A DNA stretch of 63,981 nt, filler included, from Kipferlia bialata (Eukaryota), in assembly GCA_003568945.1 (NCBI GenBank). It is 6 parts of 6 records of this genome, joined end to end, with 100 filler letters (N's around TTAATTAATTAA, not from the genome) between each part and the next. Parts side by side here need not be neighbours in the genome. Positions count along the whole stretch, not along the records: positions 12,006 to 23,902 come from BDIP01001164.1; positions 24,003 to 35,897 come from BDIP01001165.1; 4 more parts are not named here. One strand, written 5' to 3'. This document shows positions 12,996 to 24,781 of this stretch, one piece after another; within the stretch, counting starts at the first letter, position 1, and each line of letters starts with the position of its first letter. The notes below the pieces were generated by a model. It ran no database searches and had not been told where the DNA came from. It saw only the letters and a list, made by a program, of their open reading frames with translations. The position numbers and the translations under genes were made by a program.

Positions 12996-13516
12996 TCCTC
13001 ACCCTAGATACCTCGACTGCCTAGTGGTGGCCAAGTCCCTCAGCAGTGAGGTGCTGCGGTACCTGCCTTCCCTTGACGATGCAGCTGTCGTGAGGGCCAC
13101 AGTGGTACACCCATTCAAGGTATGCATACATATATGTATTATATATGATACTGATACTGATACTGGTGGTTCACCCCTTCAAGGTATGGGGGTGGTGAAT
13201 GGGTCAAACAGAATACTGTCTACTGATGATCTCTCTCTGATGTAATACCATTCTTTGCATCCTCTCAATATACCAATCAGCCCCTCAACCTAGCCCTTCT
13301 GTCAGTATTCTCTCTCTCTCTGAAGTATCTCTGTATCCTCAATATATACTATTTACAGTTATCAGTATCTCCCCCCAGAACCTAGCCCTTCTGTCCGGTG
13401 TGCTGGGTGTAGTGGGCATCATCGGGGGACTGTACTGGTACTACAAGAGAGTGACCGATGGAAGGAGGGCCACGGTGGAGAAGACTCGCATGAAGGTCAA
13501 GTACAAGTACTCTTAG
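12050..13516 (+). CDS. Type I membrane protein, C-terminal part (5' partial): beta-rich DOMON/CBM9-like ectodomain, one TM helix, basic tail
   Basis: Spliced: DIYILIDSS...AADFLIGNGVLY...DWWWW...WEWEAV...GNVMEVVVPLSVLG; TM LALLSGVLGVVGIIGGLYWYY; tail KRVTDGRRATVEKTRMKVKYKYS*. Confidence 0.6.
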
Positions 13517-13721
13517 GGGCAGAGACAGAGGGTGTAGTGGTAGCGATGGTTTCTAGCAGTTGGCCCCGAACCAGAGGTTCAGCGGGGTATTCAATAGACA
13601 ATACTGTATTCTCAAGAGACCCATGATTGAATGATGATAGAACAGGGCAACACGCATTTATCACACCATATCACAAAACACAAAACACGAAAACACATTC
13701 TTCCTCTCTTCTTCCACCATA

Positions 13722-15325
13722 TCACCGTGTCTCTCCACTTGTGGACTCGTCCAGCTTCTGAAGCACCCTGGGGTGAGGGGTATTCAAGGATAATCATATA
13801 TAGAAATAGTGCAATGTGTTGCCAGGGTCCTCCCGACATGCAATATACACATGTAGACTACCCCTGACCTGATCTTGGCCTGGTCCACGGTGCTGAGGTC
13901 TGTGAGTCGGAACTGGTCCTGCGAGGCATATCTAGAGGGTGAGTGTGTGTATATACATAGATACACACTTATATATATATATATATATCTGAATAGCCAC
14001 CCTCTCACTCTCTTCCCCCTACCTCCTAGGGCATGGGCTCTTGTCCGTGAGTGTGTATATATATATGTGTGTGTATATATATATATCTGAGTATGTAAGG
14101 CACTACCTCCTAGGGCATGGGCTCTTGTCTGTGAGGAGTGGGACATACCACATGGGGGGGCACACAAACACCACCTGCATGGGTATCTCCTTGATGATGG
14201 TGTTGGCCCTGGGGGTGAGGTGAGGTAATACACTACACTACACACTCACATCTGGTATATATATATTGATATAGAGTACATAGCTATATACAAGGGATGC
14301 CCTCATACCTGACCCCCTTTGGGTCTGCCAATAACTACGAATATACTGATATAGAGTATAATCAACGGAGTATAGTACTGATATAGTATAATAAATCACT
14401 ATCAATCCACACCTGACCCCCTTTGGGTCTGCCAGCACATTGACAAAGGAGAACTGCACAGGGGGGAAGGCAGGGTCCTGGGGTGAGACAATAAATCAGG
14501 AGAAAGTAGTATACAACATGCATACCTTGAAGAAGACCCTGACCCAGACCTCAATTTAACACTAATGTATATTCATGAAAGAGTATTCACATTATGTAAA
14601 ACCTCTATATATAATAGTGGTGCATGTGTATATAAATGTGTATATCCACCCTACCTTGAAAAAGACCCTGACCCAGACCTCGAACACTCCATAGCCCTCT
14701 GTGGTGATCTCATAGGGGGGGTTGGTCACAATCCTAGGGGTCAGGGGGAGGCAGAGAGCGGGCATAAGAATACCTTTCTACCACCTATCTCCCCACTTTC
14801 ATCACTGCTTCTACCATTGAGAGGTACCATACTGACTGTTCCCCCTCTCTAGACACACACATATATATATATCATACCCTTACCTCACTGGTCCGTCGAA
14901 GGATGCATGCAAGTAGAACACCACCCTGTCCACCCACTTGGATATGTCAGTATTGTCAAGGGCCCTGGGGTCAGGGGTACTCAGTCAGACAGCGGTATAT
15001 AGTCAGCCATACCAGACAGAGATCATAGTATTACACTGCATCTACCCACCTGACAAATGTAGTCCAGGAGAAGAGGTCCGTGTGTCGGGATCCACTGGAG
15101 ACCTGTGATTAGAGGGGGACTAGGGGAGGAACCCGGGGAGGGGGGGGAAGTCTCCCTGTTACATACGGAAAGAGTCTTCCAATAGAGCGTGAATAGACTC
15201 ACCTGAATCTTCTTCTCACACACCACTGACGTGTTCCCAAACACTAACGTCTTCCACACCAGTGCGTTACAGACCTCGTCTCCGTCAGCTGGAGTTTCAG
15301 GGGTGGCATTGGTGCCTATGTGCAC
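13722..15325 (-). CDS. YEATS-domain acyl-lysine reader (Yaf9/GAS41-like architecture), first exon missing
   Basis: Spliced: KTLVFGNTS...FSWTTFVRALDNTDISKWVDRVVFYLHASFDGP...IVTNPPYEITTEGYGVFEVWVRVFF...IIKEIPMQVVF...short C-terminal helix, TGA at 13722-13724. Confidence 0.88.
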
Positions 15326-15552
15326 CTGGAGGTCAAGAGTAACATGCTAGGGGTATAAGAGACTGGCTCTGCTAGGGGTATAAGAGGGCCGGAGAGGGGG
15401 GGGGGGGGGGGGAAAGGGGGAAATAAAACTAAGGGGGGGAAAAAACCCCCCCCCCCCCCCCCCCCCCCCACCATCCCCCATTCCACTCTAAGACTCTGTG
15501 AATCTATATATACACATTCCTTCTTCCTCGAACCGCCCCCGTCCTCACCCAG

Positions 15553-17778
15553 TACACCAAGAAGTACATGGCCCAGTACGGTATAGACAACGTAAGGGGA
15601 GGCAGTTTTACTCAGGTTGGTATTGACTATTGTCTCTTTCTGGTCATGTAATGTGTCTTTACGAGACTCTCTCACCGGTACCGACATAACAATAATATAT
15701 ATATATATACATATACTATAGTATATTATAAATTTATCTATTTATTATCTTGGTATTCCCTTTGTCTCACTACACGATTCTTTCATATTCCCTAAGCGCT
15801 CTCTTTGACATCAGGAGAGGCTTACTGCGGCTGAGAGGGAGGTACTCACCAAGGAGATAGCAACGGCAACAGACAGGTGCAGTGGACTCGTAACTCTCCC
15901 AGGCACAGCGGGACATATACATATATATGTATATATATACATCCCTTTGGTTCTGACCTCCAGGTGCTTCTACTGCCACGAGAGGGGACACATTGGAGCC
16001 AACTGCCCCAACAATGGGGGGAAGGTGGGGTGTCTCTCATTTCGAGAGTATATATGTATTAGTGTATTCAGTTGGGCTGCAAAGGATTTGTGACAGAAGT
16101 ACACTGACCCCACTCACTGCAGGCACCTATGACCAGGAGTAGACAGAGCAAGGGGGCATCAAGGGGAAAGGTGGGTGATATATGGTACATTGTCTAGTCG
16201 TATACTCCCCCCTGACCTCAGGCTGTGGAGTGTGAGAGGTGTGGACGCAACCACCCGACCAGCAAGTGCTATGCCAGTACCGACATAGACGGCCACGACA
16301 TTAGTACAAGTGAGAGTGAGAGTGAGGTAAGTAATGTCTCCCCATGCGTGAAAACAGAGATTAGCTTATTTGTCTACGTAGAGTGCCTATGCTCATCTGG
16401 GTCTCAGGAAGTAACCCCAGGGTGTGTGTCAGAGGTGCGGCAGGGATCACCCCACCCACTCCTGCTATGCACGCTCACACGTGGATGGCCACCCCCTGCC
16501 CTCCACCCCCAAGAGGTCCCAGGCTCAGGGGTCCCAGGGGGACAGAGGGGCATCGGAGCAGGTGTGTGTGTTGAAAGCACTGTTGGGACGTCCCTGATCC
16601 CATTTCAATACTATTGTATCCCACTTACTAACGTCATATGCACCCCCTCTCCCTGTCCTCACCTCTCAGGGAGGTGTATGCATGAGATGTGGACGCAGGC
16701 ACCGCACCGCTGGTCCCTGTAGATACACCACACACAAGGATGGATCCAGGTACTATACACGCATATACGGGTGTATCTGTGTCACTTAGTACTTCCGTTT
16801 CGCCATGCCATGATCCTAATACAGGCTGGATGTCGAGATGTCCTGTACTACTACTTCCAACAAGCCCTCTGTCCCTGATTGCGAGAGGTGTGGGAGAGCA
16901 CACAAGACCCGTCCCTGTGTATACAAGACCCACAAGGACGGTCGCAGGTGTGTCATTATTGCCTAGTTTGACTGTTTTCTTTCAATGCTGTACTTCCCAT
17001 GTCCACCCTAGCCTAGTACCCGTGGCCCAGAGGCCATCCCCCTACCCTGTCCCCACCCCAACATGGGGCACCCAGCCCCAGGTGGTACCTGTGGTACATG
17101 GGAGTCAGACACAGGTGCACACACTATACCGTCCTTTGCAGTCTGGTCACCAGTCTGGTCTGGTCACCACATTGTATAAGAGCCAAAGTCAATATTCAGT
17201 GGTAGCCACCGACTCCTCTTCTGACCGTTAGGTTGTATCATACACCCAGCAGGTCACTGTGGCCCAAGCGGGTTACGCCCATCCGATGACCATGCAGCCC
17301 ATGCCTACCAACCCCTATGGGTCTCAAGGTATGGCCGGAATGAGTCATAGTATGATGCAGGTGCAGGGTACTGTACCTGTGGGTACTCTGCAACTGGGTC
17401 AGCAGGGAGTGCCGCAGTACGGGTCAGTGGTGCCTGCCCAGCTGGTGGGACCAGCTACTGTACCTGTCTATGCAGCACCTGTGAATGTCAACCCCTATGC
17501 TAGGGGTCAGGCAGTGGTTGCTGCCCCCTCCCAGTACGGCCAGGCCACATACACCCGTGTACAGGCACATGCCCAGCAGATCTCACAGGTGGGGTTAACT
17601 AGAGTATATGCACCTATTATTCTATGAAGATAGTCTGACGCAGATTGTACCTTCCCCTACTGCCGCTACCCCAGTGGCCCAGCCTACCCCCACCCCTACC
17701 TCTGGCAAGAAGGCCAAGAAACCCTGGTGCACCAAGTGCAGACGGGCTGGACACTGGATATCCCAGTGCCGCAGCTAG
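15553..17778 (+). CDS. GIY-YIG-like nuclease C-terminal half + CCHC zinc knuckles + four CxRCGRxH repeats + Pro/Gln-rich region (5' partial)
   Basis: Exon 15553-15615 YTKKYMAQYGIDNVRGGSFTQ; then ERLTAAEREVLTKEIATATDR and CFYCHERGHIGANC; CERCGRNH, CQRCGRDH, CMRCGRRH, CERCGRAH units; terminal CTKCRRAGHWISQC RS*. Confidence 0.75.
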
Positions 17779-18078
17779 AGCCACTGTTGTTGTTGGGCTG
17801 TGTATTCGTATTAGACCCGGGTTCCATCAGAATATCTATAGGGTAACCCAGCAGGAGACAACTGACCCTTTGGACAAACGCATATATATTGTTGATCTAC
17901 TAGTGTCTAATGGACCATTAGACTAATGGTATTTCTCCACATCCCAGCTTGGCTATTTAGCGAAGCAGCACATTAAAAGAACCGTGGACACAAAATCCAC
18001 TCCGGCAACCTCACCTAGGGCACTGCTAATCATGAGCCTCATGGTTGGACCCCAGGTGTCTCTGACTGATAGTGACTA

Positions 18079-20937
18079 CTAGTAAAGACTCAATCTACGT
18101 GAACTGCTCCAGTCTGCACTCGGCCAGACAGACAGGGCCTGCCTTGCCACGCTGCCTGGGGTCAACGGCGGGATTGGTATGATTCCACGAAAGATACATA
18201 CGCTGCTGGTGTGGTACTTGACAACCAATATATGTTTGCCAAAGTACATGTCTCTCAACCATGCATACAGAAGAGGGTCAGCTGAAGTATACATGTGTGA
18301 CATGGCCCCTACCTGAACAGGAGAGTGCCGTCTGGCCTCTGGTACATGGTGCCAGGGTTCATGTTGACGCTTGTCCAGCACTGCCACTCTGCTGAGACAG
18401 TGTCGTAGCTGGGGTCAGAGATACATATAGGGGGAGAGTGATACTACAATGAGGTTGTGACGAGGATGACACTGCGTGTGGGAAGTCCATCGACAGTCCG
18501 CCTCTGCCCAATACATCTACAGAGCCGGTGTATGTTAGAAAATACTTGTCATACATGAGAGTTCCCTTGTCCAAAGGGCTCATTAAGGCGACCCTGGTGC
18601 CAAAGACGGCTGTGGACCAGTTGGTACCAGGGTAGGGGATCAGTGATACATCCAGACCACTCTTCTGCTGATCAGACACAGTATACAAGACTCTGACACA
18701 ACAGTCATTCACTCCCCTAGCACTCTTGCTACATGTTACCTCAAGGTTCCCCCAGGCCTCTTCGGTCTGATCCTCCCACCCTGTCCGGGGTGAGTATCGA
18801 AACAGGCCAGCCAACGACGCAGGGTGAGTGTGCCCTCTCACGCTCATATAGGCCGCCCCATTCACTACTCCAAGTTGGGACAGAGGTATGTCTGTTGAGT
18901 AGTGGTGGTTTGACATCCGTTCCTTCTTATGAGCAATTCAATATGACGTATTATAACACACCAGAGCTGTACACACATAGAGATATATATATAGAGAGTG
19001 ACTCAATGAAGACTAAGGTCCAACGTTGCGGTGGTTCAGATATGTACAGATACATAGAACACATAACCCTGACACACCTTCAGCACATGTGACACGGCCT
19101 GCGGCATGGGCATTCTGTCCCACACCCCTTCCATGGTGTCATACCGACAGAAGATGAACTCCATGTGGTCTTTTCTGTGCTGTCGCTGGGCCTCCCTGAT
19201 GCGGCACTGTGCCTCCAAGCCTGCAGGCAACACCAGCGGTGGGTCAGGGTCGTACCCTATGTAGTAGAGACAGTCCTCAATGGCAAACCCAACAGCCAGG
19301 TCAGGGCCCTCCCAGACTAGGGGGGTCCAGGCACCTGGGGATGAGAGGGCCATAGCATGTGGTGTATGATACGAGAATAGGATATCCCCCTGACCTGTGT
19401 CTAGGTCTAGCACTGCGAAGCTCTGTGGTGCTCCATCCTCCCTGTGGGATGCAGCATACCTACGCGGTAAGAGGATAAGACTACTGACATAAGTCACAAT
19501 GTATGGAACTAGGGGTACATACAATCTGCTGCCTATGGCATGGACTGGGCCTCTGTGGTTGTGTAGGAAGGAGGGGGATACACTGAGAGGTGCGCCAGTG
19601 ACCAGGCCCTGGTGCATGAGATATACATGAGATGCGAGAGACACTCCATCCAGACAGAGCCATATGTATACATACACTGAGTCCTGGACATCTCCACACA
19701 CAATCCATACTCACTCAAACAGTCTCTCACTAGGATGGTTACGACTAGCACCCACAGTTGAATAGTGGCAATGAGTACTCATGGCGTACCTTGCTTCCCC
19801 TGGCCGGCAGATGCATGATCAGGCACTCCCCGTGCACTATATTGAGAGAGAAACAGTAGCGCTGGAATGGTAATATAGTGGTACTTGGGTGTATAGGAGC
19901 TATAATAGGACCATATATCACCGGCACCTGAGTCCCCTCTGCTGGGCAGACACAGGTAGTCGGAGGCAGAGAGCATGTGAACAGGCTGCAGCCTTCCCCC
20001 GTGTCTCTTGTTGGCCTGTCCAGACGCACACATGGCCTGGAACCTGGGACACACACTGAACTCTGAGGTGATCCTTAACTCGGGGTGGGCCTGGGATGGG
20101 ATGGTAGCCAGGGATGCCATGAGAGTACCCATATATGTATGTTACATCTCGATCTCAGTAGCAACAGAGTGCATCACCTTTCTGACACACTCAGGATGGT
20201 GCTTGTTCAGAAGGACCTTCTCCTTTGGGGCATTGGGCTCAGTTCTGCCATAGCGGATTGACCTGATGATGAGTATCTCTGATGCAAACAAACACATTAC
20301 ATGAAGACATAGTATCTGTGACAACTGGGCAATGAAAGCTGCGCATTCAAGCGTGTAGTGAACTGATACTTCTACACAGTGAAGTCTACTTGACAGTATC
20401 AAAGTGATACTCTCACCATCTAGGGGGTGGCTTCTTGAGGGCAGACTTGAAAGACAGTACATGGTAACGACCTAGGATGAGGGAGGGATGGTTGTGAGGG
20501 GGAGGGGGGTAATGGATTGTGGATCACTCAGTCACCAAGGCAAATAGAGAGTTGTGGGAGGAGGGACCAGTCAGAAATGAGGGATATGAATAGAAGAGAG
20601 AGACACACCCTTGCTGGAGCAGCCCAGGGTGCACGGATAGTCACACGGGCCCCCACTACTCTTCTTGTGAGCACACCTGACAGCCGTGTGGGAGGCTGAG
20701 GGTGAGGGAGACGGAGGGGGAAAGGGAAGAAAGAAGGGGGGAGGGGGGAAATGGGAGTGGGGACACCGGCGGGGATTGAGGATGGGAGACAGATATATGC
20801 ATACGTACGTATATGTGTCTATGTACTGAACTCTACCAATAGATGTATGATTCCTCCAACTCGGGTCACACCCTGCCCCCCCCACCTGTTGTCGCCTCCC
20901 ATATCCGACCACTCATTCTCTCCATCTCGTCCAGCAT
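18079..20937 (-). CDS. Uncharacterised multi-exon protein, probably a divergent kelch/beta-propeller; boundaries uncertain
   Basis: Exon-like blocks with beta-blade patterns: AIGSR, FAVLDLDT, FAIEDCLYYIG, RYDTMEGVW, VVNGAAYM, RYSPRTGW, AVFGTRVALM. Confidence 0.45.
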
Positions 20938-21571
20938 GTCTTCAAGGGTGTCAAACCGCATGGACCACAGAGAGGCATCGAGGTCAGACGCCTCATAGCC
21001 AGCGGGGACATGAGTCGGAGAGAGAGGGGGGGGGGAGAGAGACGAATAAAGAAAATGAATGTGAGCTGAGTCAAGAGTGGGACGGGGGGGGATGTGAGAT
21101 TAAAGAGGGGTGTTCAAACCATAAATCAGAATGAATTGTTATCAGTCAGCCCCACCTTAGCTTTCCTCCCTGTGGCTGCCTTCCCCGTATTTTTCGGCAT
21201 CGTTGACTGTGTAGCCGACAACACAAGTTAGGAAGCGCGAGAAAACACGAATCACACGAGATACGATGAATGAAGTGAGGGAAGGTGTGCAGTATAGCTT
21301 GGATGTTGTTTTTGGGCCAATTGGCATGTCAACCCTTTCTCAAAGTGTATTGTAGTGACATCCAACGAGCCACTGAGAAAGGACACATCCGCTGCCTTAC
21401 ATCTATTGTTGAGGCAGAGTAAAAACTTGGTTCCTTGTACAGTCATTATAGAAATAGATACTTTGATTCAATTACACATATAAAGAGAATAGAATAGGGA
21501 ATGTGAGCAAGTGAGTGTGCCTAGCAATGTATATGTGCATAGCACTATACTGGTACCCCACATCCCCATCA

Positions 21572-23737
21572 TCAGGCACCCCTCTCCATGTGAGCCTCGA
21601 TGGCCTGCACCCATGCTGCTAGGTGACCCTGCTCAGTGAGTAGGTACCACGTCCTGGGGGGTGTTATGATGCGTATACACGCCATGTCCATGCTGTGTGG
21701 CCCAGCAGGTGCCACAGCCAGCTCAGCATTGGGGGGCAGGCTGATGACACCCCGAGAACTGGCATCGCCTTCCTCGACATAGTATCTGACAAGAGGGTCG
21801 CTCTTCGATATGGTGAACCACCTTCGCTTCCAGTTCTTGATAAAGGACCCTCTCTTTGTGAGCCACCCGCTGTGATGGCCGGGGTATGCTGCTAGGCCCT
21901 TTGGGGGGATGGGGGGTGCAAAGTGAAGCTGAGACAGGTCAATGGAACTATATCCCGATGCTGACGAAGAAGTAGTATCTTCCTTGGAAGGAGCGTTGCC
22001 ACTCTTGTGAGCCTTGAGGTCTCTGAACAACTCATCCATAGCCAAGTCTGTCTCCTTCACACACCGGGCCCCAGGCTCTGCCCGTGCCTGCACATCCAAT
22101 GCACCGGCACCCACCAGCTGGTAGAGCAGCCTGACTCCCCTCCCATCCTTGGCAGACACCTCGGTGTAGAAGGCACCATACCTGGGGGGTCAGGGGTGTG
22201 TCAAGTTGAGGGCACATAGCCCCCACAGATACAACCCACCTCTCTGCCAGGGCACATCCCTCCTCGTACTGGACACCTCGCTCTCTCTCCCCTGGAGACC
22301 CGTCCATAGGATCTACAATGTCCAACTTGTTGCCAACAAGAGCCACAAACCTAGCTGGTAAGACACACTTACACATAGAGATACAGCCCATGCGCATGTG
22401 GCACTGTCTCACCTATCCTGGGACACCCCTCTGGCCATCTTGATGAATCCCTCCGCATACCCCAGAGACACCCTCTCTGTCACATCCAGTACCACAAGCA
22501 CCGCCGCACTCCCCTTGATGTACATTGGGGTCAGGGAGTTGTATCTCTCCTGCCCAGCGGTGTCCCAACAGCTGAACTCCACCTGGGTGCCAGTGTCTGA
22601 GTACGGCACGGTGTGCTTGAGGAAGGCAGCACCTATCGTGGCATGGGAATCGTCCATGAAGGAGTTCCTGGCAAACCGTTGCAGAAGACACGTCTTGCCA
22701 GTGCCAGAGCCACCTATCAGCGCAACTTGGAGGGTTGTCTGAGGGTGAGATATAGACAGGCATGGAGTGGAAGATGGTTAAGGGAATAATGGATGAGGGA
22801 CCATGTTTTACCATGTCAATCAGATACACAGTGTGCCACTACCTGGAATGTAGCTGCCCTCGATATCTGTGCCAGTGTCTGTTCCAGACTGTGCTGCATG
22901 TCCAACTGAGCCTGTCTGACCTACAGGGGTGAGGGGGCAAGTATCTAGTCGGTCTAGCCATAGGCCTCATATTAGTATACACTAGTATATATATAAGGAG
23001 GGAAGCAGAGTTCGGTGGTAACTCACGGTAATATACTCAGGAAGCAGGTTCCCGCAGAGCCATGCGACTGCATATCACAATTCAGTCGAGAATCGGATTG
23101 AAAGATATTGTGGAATGTGAAGGACTACTGTGAAACTAGCAGCTGCTTAGAAGAAGTAAACTCGCTGCATGCGTACCTTCTCATACCGCTCTGAAGCCAC
23201 TGCATTCTGAGTGGCTAGGGTGCTCTGACATGAGAGGGGAGAGGAGGAGGATATGGAGGGAGAGGCAAGTCAGATGGTGAATACATACCAAGCACATACC
23301 CTGATATCCGAGAGCATATCTGCATACTCACCCCCTGCCTGGGCCAAATACACCCTCACTCTCCCCATGTCCTCCCTACTCACACCCCCACTGCCTCCCA
23401 TGGTCTGTATGGCCTCCTTGATAGATGCCATGTCCTGCTGTACTGCCTCTGCTGCCTCCCTCCCCTGCTGCATGTGCCTCACACCCACATCCAGACACAG
23501 CTGGGAGGAGAGAGAGGTCAGCTCACGCTCAATGCCGGTGAACTCATCATCTGCCGCCTTACAGCACAGGACGCGACGGAGAGGGGAGAGAGACCCGTAG
23601 AGATCGAGATATGCACCAACACGCTCTACACAGGCCTTGAGAAGTAGGAGACTCGAGGACTGAGTGTTACCAGATCCATTGGAACCCTCTGAGAGACAGG
23701 TGCTATAGGCATTGATGGGCTCAGAGAGAGCCTCGAC
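21572..23737 (-). CDS. MLKL-NTD/HeLo-like helical bundle + coiled coil + Rab-like small GTPase + PH domain fusion (5' partial, 536 aa visible)
   Basis: Phase-consistent GT-AG exons complement(23300-23737, 23177-23224, 22843-22920, 22413-22738, 22240-22350, 21572-22181). G1 GGSGTGKT, G2 TIGAAFL, G3 WDTAGQE, G4 GNKLD, G5 SAK. PH: HSGWLTKRGSFIKNWKRRWF...RTWYL...AWVQAI. The Rab and PH calls are strong; the MLKL-like call is pattern-based. Confidence 0.85.
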
Positions 23738-23902
23738 CTGGGGTAGGCTGGCGATACATAACTGTTGTGCAATACAACAACGATAGAAAGGGAGGATAGA
23801 GAAGGGGGGAGTATTGTTACGTCAAGGAGAAGATAATGGGTATTGACATTAATGGTAGAAGGGAAGGGGGGGGGGGGGGGGGGGGGAAGATGAATAGAAC
23901 CA

Positions 23903-24002
23903 NNNNNNNNNNNNNNNNNNNNNNNNNNNNNNNNNNNNNNNNNNNNTTAATTAATTAANNNNNNNNNNNNNNNNNNNNNNNNNNNNNNNNNNNNNNNNNN
24001 NN
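23903..24002. other. Artificial contig linker
   Basis: N44-TTAATTAATTAA-N44. Confidence 0.98.
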
Positions 24003-24054
<52 letters not shown>

Positions 24055-24781
24055 CTCACCTTGTCAAGAAGCAGAGATAGTGCCAATTTGAAATGAGGCA
24101 CGACTCTGTCTAGCTCTAGCAGGCTGGTGTCAGGACAGATGTCAACACAATGCATCCGATACTGATCAACTTACAGAGGTTCAACTATCAGAGAGCACGA
24201 GACACACCACACAATGTGGAGTGAATGAAACACAATGGTGAAGGGAAAAGTATGACGATTCGTCGCAGAACAGAACTACAAATAACACCAAGGATGGACA
24301 CAAATTATACATACTTGAATCCGTCCTCAATGAAACTGTGCGGCACATCTAACAGGATCTCATGGCCAGGCTGAAGTGAGACACGGGTCATCCATACATA
24401 GCGTCACTACATGAGAGAGCAGCGAGTGGTATCAGGCATACACATGTGAATACACGTACATGGCTGAGGAAGTAGCTGATCCAGTTGTACTGGGAGCTCT
24501 GACCAACGGCAGAAGACCGCATATGTTCAAGGCAGGCTGTATCGGGGTGACGCTGACGTCTAGATGGTGTCAATACAGTCAAAGGAAGAGACAGGACTCA
24601 TTGAATCACAGACACCTCCTCTGCACCCTCATTGAACACAGTTGGATTCGCGTACAGATGATCTGTAACAGATCCACCCTATAACAATAGAAGAGGTAAC
24701 AGGTGACAACCTCTGCCACAGCACCTCAATAGACAGGTAGCACTGGGCTGTGGAAACGGAATAGGCTCTGGAAGGGAGGGG

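Noticed and set aside
14100..14180. Suspected frameshift or micro-intron in the YEATS gene at a G7 run
   Set aside because: The exon reads through in frame (VVFVCPPMWYVPLLTDKSPCPRR).
23025..23075. Apparent start exon (MQSHGSAG...|GTGAGT) that would make the Rab-PH gene independent of the helical domain
   Set aside because: Its donor is phase 2 while the next exon needs phase 0. Direct splicing 23177 to 22920 is in phase and continues the coiled coil. RNA-seq should confirm.
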